Positions 45,153 through 54,635 of a DNA stretch of 61,121 bases are shown piece by piece. Origin of the DNA: a phage. Position 1 is the stretch's first letter; every line of letters starts with the position of its first letter. The translations under genes and the position numbers were made by a program. The stretch lies in NCBI GenBank assembly GCA_012008225.1, contig GCA_012008225.1_4768.1. The stretch is one strand, 5' to 3'. The notes under the pieces are model-generated. The model did not search any database and was not told the DNA's origin. It was given only the letters and a program-made list of their open reading frames with translations.

Positions 45153-46042
45153 TGGCCGGTTTAGGAATGCAATTTAACGCTGGACAACACGCAGAGCGTC
45201 AACACAATAGCTTGATGCCCGCTGGTTGGTATGTTGTTCAGATTGTAAACTCTGAGATCAAACCGACTAAAACTCCAGGCGGTGCGCGTCTGAATCTTCA
45301 GTTTAAGATTATGCAGGGTGATTTTGCTGGTCGTGTAATGTTTGGCGGTTACAACGTCAAGAACGCGAACCCTGTCGCTGTACAGATTGCAATGGAAGAA
45401 CTGGCAGAGCTGTCTCGTGCTGTTAAAGTTCCAGTTTGGAACGATACCGAACAACTGCACGGTATTCCGTTCAACCTGAAAGTGAAAGTTCGTCAGCAAC
45501 CTGGCTATGAGCCAAACAACGAACCTCAGATTTATCAAGCAATTGATAATATGGAAGGTGTTGTATACGCAACTAAAGCGGACATGGCTAACCTGCCTAA
45601 ATCAACTCCGGCAGCGGCAGCACAGTCTCCGGCATTTGGTGGCGGTGCGTTCGGTGGTACTCAGCAACCACAGCAGCAACCGCAGCAGGGTTTCCCGGGC
45701 GCATTTGGGCAGCAGCCGCAGCAACAGCAGCAGCAACCTCAGGCTCAGGGGTTCCAGCAGCAACAACAGCAACAACAGCCGCAGCAGTCTGGAACAGTTG
45801 ATTTTAACAGTGCGGCACAATCTCAACCGTGGGCTAATGGTGCGCAGCAACAGACTCAGCAGCAACCTAACTGGGCAACTCAGCAGGTACAGCCTGGAGC
45901 AGAGCAACCACAAGCTCAAGCTCAGAATACTGGTACTGCTAACCATGCAGAACCTGAAGTCCAGGATGATATCGCTAAAGCAGCTCAGACCAAGACTCCA
46001 CCGTGGAAACGTTCCACTGAAGGCGATGACGCTGCACAGTAA
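45152..46042 (+). CDS. Putative ssDNA-binding partner protein with Gln/Pro-rich low-complexity linker
   Basis: ATG overlaps upstream stop (TAATG); N-terminal ~150 aa globular region, then Q/P-rich tract, acidic C-terminus; function inferred from linkage to Sak4. Confidence 0.45.
   Translation: MAGLGMQFNAGQHAERQHNSLMPAGWYVVQIVNSEIKPTKTPGGARLNLQFKIMQGDFAGRVMFGGYNVKNANPVAVQIAMEELAELSRAVKVPVWNDTEQLHGIPFNLKVKVRQQPGYEPNNEPQIYQAIDNMEGVVYATKADMANLPKSTPAAAAQSPAFGGGAFGGTQQPQQQPQQGFPGAFGQQPQQQQQQPQAQGFQQQQQQQQPQQSGTVDFNSAAQSQPWANGAQQQTQQQPNWATQQVQPGAEQPQAQAQNTGTANHAEPEVQDDIAKAAQTKTPPWKRSTEGDDAAQ
45662..45787 (+). repeat. CAG/CAA-rich low-complexity coding tract (poly-Gln/Pro)
   Basis: Encodes QQPQQQPQQGFPGAFGQQPQQQQQQPQAQGFQQQQQQQQPQQ. 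Confidence 0.8.
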
Positions 46043-46061
46043 TTAAAAATCATGTTATAAT

Positions 46062-46088
46062 AAAGCTCCTCCGGGAGCTTTATTTTTC
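46062..46088 (+). terminator. Rho-independent terminator
   Basis: AAAGCTCC-TCCG-GGAGCTTT (8 bp stem) followed by ATTTTTC. Confidence 0.7.
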
Positions 46089-46104
46089 TATATAGGACTA
46101 TGAT

Positions 46105-47055
46105 ATGCCACATTTTTATCCTGCTACTAAGACAATGGAGTTATTCAATGACTGTATTGAACGAGATCAAGGATCCGCTTACAGAGTATGGCTCGGAAAA
46201 GTATTACCGCATATTGAAGACGCATATAGAGAGGGAGATGGCGGATTCCGTTCGCATCTTGGGATTAGTCTTATCGGGCAAGAATGTAGTAGAGCAATCT
46301 TCTACGGATGGCGATGGGCAACTAAACCACACTTTAACGGTAAAACCTTACGTCTATTCAATCGCGGGCATCTTGAAGAAGGTCGCTTCGTGGCCTTACT
46401 ACTTACCGCCGGTATGCAAGTCATCCAACAAGACGAAAATGGCAGCCAGTATCGAGTTAGCTATCTCAACGGGCACTTTGGCTCCGCGATAGATGGTATT
46501 GTCATTGGTTGCCCTGACATGCCACAACCTTCTACACCAATCTTGACAGAGATGAAAACGCACAATAACGATTCGTTCAAGAAACTTGTCGTTAATGGTG
46601 TGATGGAATCCAAATGGGAGCACTATGTTCAGATGCAGGAATACATGTTGTATTATGGACTCCCAGCCGCTCTTTATATTGCAGTTAATAAGAACACGGA
46701 CGAGATTTGGGCAGAGCTTGTACCGTTTGATAAAGAAACCGCAGAACGCTACAAAGAACGTGGATTTGTAATTGCACTGGCAGAATGCCCACCACCTAAG
46801 ATCAATGAAAGTAAGTCTTACTATAAATGCAAATGGTGTGACCACAAAGCAGTATGCCACAACAACAAAATGCCTGAAGTTAACTGCCGCACTTGTAAGC
46901 ACTCATATCCGCTTGAAGATGGAACCTGGAGATGTGCAATCAAAGTGGCTTCTGCTACTGCATACATCACGGATGGAACCGAAGGTGTATTAACGAAGGA
47001 AGATCAGATGACAGCATGTGGTCAATACGAAGCAGCAGATTATTACGGTGAGTAA
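46105..47055 (+). CDS. PD-(D/E)XK nuclease with C-terminal cysteine cluster (Cas4/RecB-like exonuclease)
   Basis: Motifs DGIVIG ... EMKTH ... YVQMQEY, then CKWCDHKAVC ... CRTCKH; 316 aa. Confidence 0.65.
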   Translation: MPHFYPATKTMELFNDCIERDQGSAYRVWLGKVLPHIEDAYREGDGGFRSHLGISLIGQECSRAIFYGWRWATKPHFNGKTLRLFNRGHLEEGRFVALLLTAGMQVIQQDENGSQYRVSYLNGHFGSAIDGIVIGCPDMPQPSTPILTEMKTHNNDSFKKLVVNGVMESKWEHYVQMQEYMLYYGLPAALYIAVNKNTDEIWAELVPFDKETAERYKERGFVIALAECPPPKINESKSYYKCKWCDHKAVCHNNKMPEVNCRTCKHSYPLEDGTWRCAIKVASATAYITDGTEGVLTKEDQMTACGQYEAADYYGE

Positions 47056-49059
47056 ATGTTCAAACTACGTGATTATCAGCAAGAAGCTGTAAATAGTACA
47101 TTGCGCTATTTCATCAAGTATGGTGAAAAGTCAGGAAATCCTGTTATCTTGTTACCTACAGGGACTGGTAAGTCCCTTGTAATTGCTGGTCTATTAAAGA
47201 CAATTCATGATAATTGGGGTAGTACCCGCATGATGGTAATTACTCACGTAAAAGAATTGATAGACCAGAACCACGATAAGTTTAAGAAGTTGTGGCCTGA
47301 AGCACCGACTGGTATTTATAGTGCTGGTATGGGCCGCAAAGATAAGAACGCAATGATAACGTTCGCCGGTATTCAGTCTGTTGCAAAACAAGCTAAATAC
47401 TTTGAAGACGTTGATATTATTATAGTTGACGAATGTGACCTTATTAGTCCAAACCAGCAAACAAGTTATCAGAAGTTCTTTGCGCACATTCGTGAAAAGA
47501 ATCCATATCTAAAGATTATCGGTCTTACTGCTACGAGTTGGCGTCTTGGTTTTGGTTCTATTATCAAAGATGATTATGCGCCTAACGCTTTATTTGATGA
47601 AATCGTATTTAACGCGTGTACCGTAGAGTGCTTCAACTGGTTCATCGATGAAGGTTATCTTGTTCCGTTAGTACCACGTAAAACAAAGAAAGAGTATGAT
47701 GTAAGTGGTGTTCATACTCGAGGCGGTGAGTTCATTGAAAGTGAACTTCAAAAGGTTGTAAACGATCCTGATGTAACTCGCCATTTATTAGATGATGCAA
47801 TTAGTATTGCGGAAGAAGAGAATAGAATGAGTTGGCTTATCTTTTGTGCTGGTGTAGACCATGCAAAAGATGTAAAAGACTATCTCAATGAACGCGGTAT
47901 TAGTTGCGAAGTTGTAACTGGTGATACACCGAAAGCCTTGCGTGACCAGTACCTTATTGACTTTAAAGCTGGTCGTTTGCAGGCAATAGCGAACAACAAC
48001 GTATTAACGACAGGCTTCGACCATCCGGGTCTTGACTTGATAATTGGTATGCGCCCGTCCCAATCTTCCCGACTATGGGTTCAGATGCTTGGACGTGGTA
48101 CTCGACCTGATTATGCTGATGGTTTTGATTTGACCACAACAGAAGGTCGTTTGCAAGCTATCTCCGCTTCGCATAAACAGAACTGTCTTGTACTGGATTA
48201 TGCTGGTAACACAAGACGTCTTGGGCCTATTAATGATCCTGTCATTCCTAAGCGTCCAGGGCAGAAAGGAAAGTCCGCTGCACCTGTTAAAGAATGCCCG
48301 GTATGTAAGACCTGGAACCATGCGTCGGTTCGCTATTGCGGTGGGTTAAAACCATTCGATACAAGTAGTATGTCTCATGAGGAAATACTCTATCTACAAG
48401 GATTAGGTTATACCATTACAAATAATAAAGCGTGTCGTGCTGGTTATTGCGGTCATGAGTTTACTTTTGAGAAGAAACTAATGGCGAGTGCTAGTACGAA
48501 GGCCATTATCAAGAATGATTTACCAGTCACTGAAGTATTGAAAGTTGATATGGTTAGTTACTATCGTCATGAGAACAGGGGTGACCGTTCTAAGCCACCA
48601 ACACTTCGTGTCGACTATCTTTGTGGCTCACAAACTATTCAACAATATATTTGCCTGTTCCATACTGGTTTTGCAGGCAAGAAAGCGCGTAACTGGTGGC
48701 GTGAGCATTGCAGCTTGGCAATCCCAGCCAACATCGACGAAGCCCTCAATGTGGTCAGCCAGCTCCGTGTACCGACGCACATTTATGTCAACTTGAAGGG
48801 TAAGTTTCCTGAAGTGTTGAATAGTTGTTATGACGGTAGTGAGTTCGGTAAGAAAGAAGCAACCAACGAACGTCCGGTTGTACAAATCGCAGCAATGAAT
48901 GGCTTGTCCCAGTTTGGTGGAAGTTATACGAATAAGTTTGATGAAGACGAGCAGACTGATTCTCGTACGACAGTATTGCATTCTACGTCTAATCAACCTA
49001 TTCTTAATGGTAACGGTAAAGAACTACCACCAGATTTTGATGACGACATTCCATTTTGA
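47056..49059 (+). CDS. SF2 DNA helicase with C-terminal SSB-like acidic tip
   Basis: LRDYQQEAV, Walker A PTGTGKS, Walker B DECD, helicase C-terminal motifs, zinc-ribbon CPVCKTWNH; last eight residues DFDDDIPF (codons 49033-49056). Confidence 0.85.
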   Translation: MFKLRDYQQEAVNSTLRYFIKYGEKSGNPVILLPTGTGKSLVIAGLLKTIHDNWGSTRMMVITHVKELIDQNHDKFKKLWPEAPTGIYSAGMGRKDKNAMITFAGIQSVAKQAKYFEDVDIIIVDECDLISPNQQTSYQKFFAHIREKNPYLKIIGLTATSWRLGFGSIIKDDYAPNALFDEIVFNACTVECFNWFIDEGYLVPLVPRKTKKEYDVSGVHTRGGEFIESELQKVVNDPDVTRHLLDDAISIAEEENRMSWLIFCAGVDHAKDVKDYLNERGISCEVVTGDTPKALRDQYLIDFKAGRLQAIANNNVLTTGFDHPGLDLIIGMRPSQSSRLWVQMLGRGTRPDYADGFDLTTTEGRLQAISASHKQNCLVLDYAGNTRRLGPINDPVIPKRPGQKGKSAAPVKECPVCKTWNHASVRYCGGLKPFDTSSMSHEEILYLQGLGYTITNNKACRAGYCGHEFTFEKKLMASASTKAIIKNDLPVTEVLKVDMVSYYRHENRGDRSKPPTLRVDYLCGSQTIQQYICLFHTGFAGKKARNWWREHCSLAIPANIDEALNVVSQLRVPTHIYVNLKGKFPEVLNSCYDGSEFGKKEATNERPVVQIAAMNGLSQFGGSYTNKFDEDEQTDSRTTVLHSTSNQPILNGNGKELPPDFDDDIPF

Positions 49060-49066
49060 GGCTTAT

Positions 49067-49306
49067 ATGGCAAAGATGACTTTCAGGAGTAATGACCATT
49101 TACCAGAAGAAGGTGAATGGAAGACTTTTAAAGAGTGGGAAGAGTTAGGTTATGGTGTAATTAAAGGTGAAAGAGCTAAACGGTTTATTCACGGTGTTGC
49201 AGTTTTTCACGAAAGTCAAGTAATCAATATTGAAGATGAGTTCGAAAAATATAAACGTGAAGAACTGCAAGGAATGTATTGTGGACCAGAATGGTGGAAG
49301 GATTAA
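49067..49306 (+). CDS. Hypothetical protein
   Basis: ATG at 49067, 7 nt after GAGG (ORF-track frame from 48899 overlaps helicase); 79 aa. Confidence 0.5.
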   Translation: MAKMTFRSNDHLPEEGEWKTFKEWEELGYGVIKGERAKRFIHGVAVFHESQVINIEDEFEKYKREELQGMYCGPEWWKD

Positions 49307-50029
49307 ATGTACATATTAGTCGATTATGATCGGATGCAGGTATTAGCCAAGCATCCAAACTTCCAACGTCTTCATGAGTATGGAATTCTGTGTTGTAGCG
49401 AAAGCTCCGTAGTTCTTCCGTTGGAAGTTGAAGAACTCTATAAAGAGTTTGATGATGTACAAATGCAACTTTTGTACATCAACTTAACGGGTAATAAGCA
49501 AGGTGCTTTATATCCAAAGAAAATGATCAGTAAGATTATTCACTATTTTTTAAATGAGATACCGGAGACAGTAATAGATGCGGATGTGGCTGAACAAGCG
49601 GACTGGGCAATTGCTAGTAATAAAGAGGGTGAGTGCATGTACCGCGAAGGCAGCTCTGTTCCAGATTTGGGGGAGGAGCCTAATATTCAAGTACGGAATG
49701 ATAGTTCATTGGAATCCACCATCATTGACGGCCCAACCGTACAAACAAACATGGGCGTACAACTGGCATGGACACCGACAAAAGAGCGGCAAGGTACTAG
49801 CACACCGGCAACCGAAAAACGTGCCGCAACGTCGCGTACAGCCGGCACTCGCGATATTATTTTCGCTGTTGCTGACGAAATGTGGAAAGAAGCTTGTGAA
49901 CCTCGTGACAAGAAGGAAATCCTTCAGCTTAGAAAACAAATGATGGATCGTTTAGAGACACAAGGTGTGAAGCGTAATACATCAAGTAATACATTAGGGG
50001 TCTGGGTAAAAGAACGTGGCTTAAATTAA
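49307..50029 (+). CDS. Hypothetical protein
   Basis: 240 aa; ATG at 49307 after GGAAGG. Confidence 0.55.
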   Translation: MYILVDYDRMQVLAKHPNFQRLHEYGILCCSESSVVLPLEVEELYKEFDDVQMQLLYINLTGNKQGALYPKKMISKIIHYFLNEIPETVIDADVAEQADWAIASNKEGECMYREGSSVPDLGEEPNIQVRNDSSLESTIIDGPTVQTNMGVQLAWTPTKERQGTSTPATEKRAATSRTAGTRDIIFAVADEMWKEACEPRDKKEILQLRKQMMDRLETQGVKRNTSSNTLGVWVKERGLN

Positions 50030-50041
50030 TTAACTAAAATA

Positions 50042-50070
50042 TTGCATAGTTCTTTTAGAGGGGTTATAGT
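50042..50070 (+). promoter_or_regulatory. Strong sigma70-like promoter
   Basis: TTGCAT (50042-50047), 17 nt spacer, TATAGT (50065-50070). Confidence 0.5.
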
Positions 50071-50125
50071 GCAACCACTTAGAACGTAGTTCACAACCAA
50101 TAACCACACTGTGAGGATTTAAATC

Positions 50126-50950
50126 ATGGCTAAAGAGAAAACTGAAGATCAACTGTTGGCTGAAGAAGCCGCGAAGAAAGCCGCTGCGGAAGCTGAAGCA
50201 AAGAAAAAACGTGAAGCTGAAGAAAAAGCAGCGCGTGAATTGCAGGCTAAAGTTGACGCCGCAATGAACGAAGCCACTGCCGGTTACAATGTGATCGAAG
50301 GTGCTATGTCCGCTGTTAAAGAACAGTTTGACACTCTGCACGAAGGTTCGTTGCTGGACGAAGTTAAAGCAGTTGAAGGGGTAGTTACCGCTCAACTGAA
50401 GACCGCTAAAGAAGGTCTGAAAGCTGTTAAAGCAGCAGCACGTAAAGTTAAAGACAACGATCAACTAAAAACTGCCGTTGCAGCATCTGAAGATCTGGTT
50501 TCCGGTGTTGAAGCCACTCTGAAAGATGTCAAAGGCCGTGTATCCGCTGCCCGCGAAGCCACTAAAGCCGCTGAAAAAGCAAAACGTGACGCTGACCGCG
50601 CTGAGAAGAAACGTCTGCAGGACGAAGAGCGCGCTCGTAAAGCAGCAGAACGCGAAGCTAAGAAAGAGCCGGAACAGAACGGTATTCGTAAGCCTGGTGC
50701 TGGTACTCTGTGCCGTGCTGCATGGGACATCTTTGACGCTGTTACCATGGAGCTGGGTCAGACTGCACCGATCAGCTACGTTCTGCCGGTTGCACTGGAC
50801 AAAGGCCTGAACGAAGCGAACGTCAAAGCGGAATATGCTCGCTGGAAGAAATACATGGGCATTACTGGTCGCGTATCAGTTCCAGTACCTGCTAATATTG
50901 CACAGGCGGCCGCTAACGTAGAAATTCCGTCTCAGAAATCTGCAGAGTAA
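50126..50950 (+). CDS. Ala/Lys/Glu-rich protein, probably abundant (possible DNA-associated protein)
   Basis: 274 aa; GAGGAT before ATG; codon choice dominated by CTG, CGT, GGT, AAA, GAA, GCT; N-terminal ~190 aa predicted helical, charged; flanked by own promoter and terminator. Confidence 0.65.
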   Translation: MAKEKTEDQLLAEEAAKKAAAEAEAKKKREAEEKAARELQAKVDAAMNEATAGYNVIEGAMSAVKEQFDTLHEGSLLDEVKAVEGVVTAQLKTAKEGLKAVKAAARKVKDNDQLKTAVAASEDLVSGVEATLKDVKGRVSAAREATKAAEKAKRDADRAEKKRLQDEERARKAAEREAKKEPEQNGIRKPGAGTLCRAAWDIFDAVTMELGQTAPISYVLPVALDKGLNEANVKAEYARWKKYMGITGRVSVPVPANIAQAAANVEIPSQKSAE

Positions 50951-50974
50951 TCTGTAGACACTTCGGAAACTCAG

Positions 50975-51003
50975 AAGGGGCATTTACTGCCCCTTTGTTA
51001 TCT
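50975..51003 (+). terminator. Rho-independent terminator
   Basis: AAGGGGCA-TTTAC-TGCCCCTT (8 bp stem) followed by TTTGTTATCTT. Confidence 0.7.
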
Positions 51004-51018
51004 TACCCCGAGGTTCAA

Positions 51019-51783
51019 ATGTTTGCACAAGCCATTATCGCCCACCACTGGGCTCAAGCCAAATTTGGAAATCATATGAAAATTATTAATACTCAGGAAC
51101 CTGAAAAGTTAGTTCGTGAACGCGGTATTCTTGATGTACATTCCATTTTTCATACCATTCAAGGTGAAGGCCCATTTTGTGGTCAACCTGCCGTATTCGT
51201 TCGATTAGCTGGTTGTAACCTGCAATGCCCAGGTTGCGATACAAACTATACGTCCAATCGTAAGAAAATGAGTCATAACGATATCTGGCAAGAGATTGTC
51301 CGTGTTACTGGTGAAGCTAAGACTGAATTAGTTGTTATTACTGGTGGCGAACCTTTCCGTCAACCTGAAGTTGTTAATTTTATTAACTATCTTATTGATA
51401 TGAAAGGATACCGTGTACAGGTTGAAACTAACGGAACTATGCCTATCCCGCGTGAACTCAACTATAGTTGTGTGGTAGTATGTAGTCCTAAGGCAGCAAA
51501 GATTCATCCTAGTGTTTCCGCCAGAGCAGACGCTTTCAAATATGTAATGAAAAGCGGAAACGTCAACGAGGAAGATGGATTACCGTTGCAAGCACTGGAT
51601 CACCGTGCAACACCATTTATCGCACGTCCTTCGGTACACTTTAAAGGTGATATCTACCTTCAACCTATGGATGAACAGGATGACAATGCTAATAAAGCAA
51701 ACGCTCAAGCTGTCGTTAAATATGCAATGAAGCATAATTACATCGTGCAATTGCAGATTCACAAGTATTTAGGTGTAGAGTGA
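51019..51783 (+). CDS. queE: 7-carboxy-7-deazaguanine synthase (radical SAM, QueE)
   Basis: TIQGEGPFCGQPAVFVRLAGCNLQCPGCDT radical-SAM cluster motif; ATG at 51019 after GAGG (alternative ATG at 51076; ORF-track start 50995). Confidence 0.85.
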   Translation: MFAQAIIAHHWAQAKFGNHMKIINTQEPEKLVRERGILDVHSIFHTIQGEGPFCGQPAVFVRLAGCNLQCPGCDTNYTSNRKKMSHNDIWQEIVRVTGEAKTELVVITGGEPFRQPEVVNFINYLIDMKGYRVQVETNGTMPIPRELNYSCVVVCSPKAAKIHPSVSARADAFKYVMKSGNVNEEDGLPLQALDHRATPFIARPSVHFKGDIYLQPMDEQDDNANKANAQAVVKYAMKHNYIVQLQIHKYLGVE

Positions 51784-51895
51784 AGTTATACATATTCAGA
51801 AACGCGTGGATGATTGCTGTGGCTAATGACCATTATGCTGGTGACGGTCAACGCGCTAGAAGACATGGTATGTTCAACTGATAAGGTAAATCGTT

Positions 51896-52654
51896 ATGAA
51901 TAAGCATATTCAATTACTCGGTCAAATTGTTCCACAAAATGTGTTAAACCAGTGTCTGTTTGATGAAGACGGATTTGTAAAACATTATGTGACCACAGTT
52001 TCTCAAGCGGCGTCCAATACAGCTCTTGCATCTGTAATTCGAGAAGGATATTTAGTAGATGTTCTGAACGATATCAGTCCCGAACTCACTGTCTTTGTCG
52101 AAGGTATGGATGGAAATGATCTTATGAACTTAAAGACAGTCTATAACACGCATGTAACGCCTCCGCGTAATGCGCTTTACAAATGGCGCATTAGTGCTTC
52201 TGTTAGCGGAACACAGAAAGCGGAAGAAGTGGAAGAGATAGTTAAAAATCATAAAACTTCTTCTGAAAAATTAGCTGGTATCATGGAAGATGTACTTTCG
52301 AGCGTCTTTAAAGTTGATCGTAACAAAGAAGGCGAGCCTGAACTATTCGTTAATGAAGCGTTTGTTAATAAGAATTGCGTCCAGGATATTAAAGCTCCAC
52401 GTCCAAATAAATATATGCGCAAAATCAAAAGTTTTGAATCCCATGACATTAACGGTAGCCCAATTGAAATTGATGTGTGGGTTGACGTGTACGACGTAAT
52501 TAAAGCATTCAATGTAACCAGTGGGCCCATGCAACATGCACTGAAGAAAGTGCTGTGTGCTGGTGAGCGCGGTCATAAAGACTTACTGGAAGACCTCAAC
52601 GATATTATTGCATCCGTTGAGCGTGAAATTGAAATGGTTAAAGAAGGTAAATAA
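51896..52654 (+). CDS. Hypothetical protein embedded in the deazaguanine operon
   Basis: 252 aa; ATG at 51896 after AAGG; no motif I recognise. Confidence 0.6.
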   Translation: MNKHIQLLGQIVPQNVLNQCLFDEDGFVKHYVTTVSQAASNTALASVIREGYLVDVLNDISPELTVFVEGMDGNDLMNLKTVYNTHVTPPRNALYKWRISASVSGTQKAEEVEEIVKNHKTSSEKLAGIMEDVLSSVFKVDRNKEGEPELFVNEAFVNKNCVQDIKAPRPNKYMRKIKSFESHDINGSPIEIDVWVDVYDVIKAFNVTSGPMQHALKKVLCAGERGHKDLLEDLNDIIASVEREIEMVKEGK

Positions 52655-52655
52655 T

Positions 52656-54071
52656 ATGTGCTCCATCTTTGGTGTTATTACTAATGGTCAACCTGAACGT
52701 GAAATTATCCGTAACGACATTGATGATCTTATTAAAGCTAGTATCAACCGTGGTCGTGATGGTCTTGGTGTACGCTTTACGCATGGTGACCACAGTATGC
52801 ACCCGCAACGTATCGTCAGTGTCGGTAAGGAAACATCGCTGGAACGTCTTGTTAAAGTGGGGCGCATTGCATCTCATGCTGGAGCTATTGGTAGCTTCAC
52901 AATGATTGGTAACGCTCGCGCTGAACCGACTACAGAGTGGGTCATTGACAAGAACGAGTGGGACCAACAACCATATCATCTGGATGGTTGGACTATTGTT
53001 CATAACGGTACTATTGCGAACGATAAAGACCTTCGTACCTATGCACTACAGACTAAGATTGATAGTGCTGCAATTGTTGAACAGTTAGCAGAATGCACAC
53101 TTTCAACAGATGAAATGTGTCTGTCTGATTTAAATTACCTTTATAACGTATTCCATGAAGTTGTTCGCAAGTTGAAAGGGAGTTACGCAATCCTTGCAAC
53201 GCATGATTCAATTCCTGGGTATGTGTTTGCAGCATGTAATTACCGTCCAATTTGGATTGGTAAGACTCATACGGGTATGTATTTCGCCAGCCAGGAAGAT
53301 ATGCTACCTACCCGCGCTATTAAGCAAATGCTGAAACCTTACACCTGTAATGTGGTCACATCGACTGGTGTATGCAGTGAGGTTGATCTTATTCCAAATA
53401 AGCAGACTCAACGCGCGTTAGTTGTCGCCAGCGGTGGTATGGACAGCACAGTAGCAGCTCAGATGTGTAAGTCCAATGGTTTGGATGTCACTCTGATTAA
53501 CTTCCAATATGGTTGTCGTGCAGAAACTAATGAGCTGTATGCTATTCGCAAGATTGCGGAGGTGATGGAGGTTCCATTGATTGAATTTCCAATCCCAATC
53601 TACGATAAGAAAGACAGCCCATTATTTGATCAGGATGCTGCAATTGCGGGCGGTGAAGAAGGTGCTGAGTTTGCCCACGAATGGGTTCCAGCTCGTAACC
53701 TTGTAATGCTTTCTGTCGCTACTGCATACGCAGAAGCTAACGGTTTCGACTATATTGTTCTTGGTAACAACTTAGAAGAAGCTGGAGCCTATCCGGACAA
53801 CGAGCCCGAGTTTATTAACCGCTTTAATCAGGTGCTACCATTCGCTGTAGGCGACGGTAAGCGCGTTGAAGTGCTCATGCCGGTAGGTAACTTAATGAAG
53901 CACGAAATTGTCGCTACAGGCCTGCGTTTAGGGGCCCCACTTGAGCATACCTGGAGCTGTTACCGTAACGGGGATTTGCATTGTGGTACTTGTGGCCCTT
54001 GCATGATGCGTCGGACTGCGTTTAATATTAATGACGCACAAGAAGTTATTAAATACGAAAGCGAGGAATAA
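52656..54071 (+). CDS. queC: Glutamine amidotransferase fused to 7-cyano-7-deazaguanine synthase (Gat-QueC)
   Basis: ATG at 52656 (ORF-track frame from 52557); N-terminal MCSIFG (class-II amidotransferase Cys2), PP-loop ALVVASGGMDS, C-terminal WSCYRNGDLHCGTCGPCMMR zinc motif. Confidence 0.85.
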   Translation: MCSIFGVITNGQPEREIIRNDIDDLIKASINRGRDGLGVRFTHGDHSMHPQRIVSVGKETSLERLVKVGRIASHAGAIGSFTMIGNARAEPTTEWVIDKNEWDQQPYHLDGWTIVHNGTIANDKDLRTYALQTKIDSAAIVEQLAECTLSTDEMCLSDLNYLYNVFHEVVRKLKGSYAILATHDSIPGYVFAACNYRPIWIGKTHTGMYFASQEDMLPTRAIKQMLKPYTCNVVTSTGVCSEVDLIPNKQTQRALVVASGGMDSTVAAQMCKSNGLDVTLINFQYGCRAETNELYAIRKIAEVMEVPLIEFPIPIYDKKDSPLFDQDAAIAGGEEGAEFAHEWVPARNLVMLSVATAYAEANGFDYIVLGNNLEEAGAYPDNEPEFINRFNQVLPFAVGDGKRVEVLMPVGNLMKHEIVATGLRLGAPLEHTWSCYRNGDLHCGTCGPCMMRRTAFNINDAQEVIKYESEE

Positions 54072-54072
54072 A

Positions 54073-54609
54073 ATGGGTTACACTGTTATTCGTTCACATG
54101 AGATTTGCGCTGGTCATCGTGTTGTAGGGCATGAAAGTAAGTGTCGCCATCTTCATGGCCACAACTATAAGTTCCATTTTAAAGTTGCACCAAAGAAAAC
54201 ATTGTCGGAAGGCTACGTTAAGTCTGTAAGTGGATTTGCTCTAGAAGGTTCGCTGGACGACGTAGGTCGCGTTATCGACTTTAGTGTGGTTAAAACTACG
54301 CTTTGCCAGTGGTTGGAAGATAACTGGGATCATAAGTTCCTGCACTGGGAAAAAGACTTGCTAATTGACGGGTTGAAAAATTTAGTAAGCCAGGAGTGGA
54401 AGATGTCTTCCAGACCGAGTATAAGTGAGCTTGATGGTGATGCGTTTTTTCATTCATTGGTAGCTCTTCCGTTCAACCCTACCGCCGAAAACCTAGCTGC
54501 ATATATGGTCAACGTAATTGGGCCACAACTGCTTGACGAACATGGTGTTGAACTGGTAGAATGTACCATTGAAGAAACGTCTAAATGTCATGTTAACTAT
54601 TGCAAATAA
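54073..54609 (+). CDS. queD: 6-carboxy-5,6,7,8-tetrahydropterin synthase (QueD)
   Basis: ATG at 54073 after GAGGAA; [13 protein letters not shown] zinc-binding motif. Confidence 0.8.
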   Translation: MGYTVIRSHEICAGHRVVGHESKCRHLHGHNYKFHFKVAPKKTLSEGYVKSVSGFALEGSLDDVGRVIDFSVVKTTLCQWLEDNWDHKFLHWEKDLLIDGLKNLVSQEWKMSSRPSISELDGDAFFHSLVALPFNPTAENLAAYMVNVIGPQLLDEHGVELVECTIEETSKCHVNYCK

Positions 54610-54635
54610 TTGACCACACAAGGAAACTGCAAACC

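Noticed and set aside
45662-45787. Repetitive CAG/CAA tract considered as a possible CRISPR-like or tandem DNA repeat
   Set aside because: It is in-frame coding sequence for a poly-Gln/Pro linker, not a spacer-repeat array; no CRISPR repeats are present anywhere in the window
51810-51881. 23-codon ORF in the queE-downstream intergenic gap
   Set aside because: No recognisable SD and very short; likely chance
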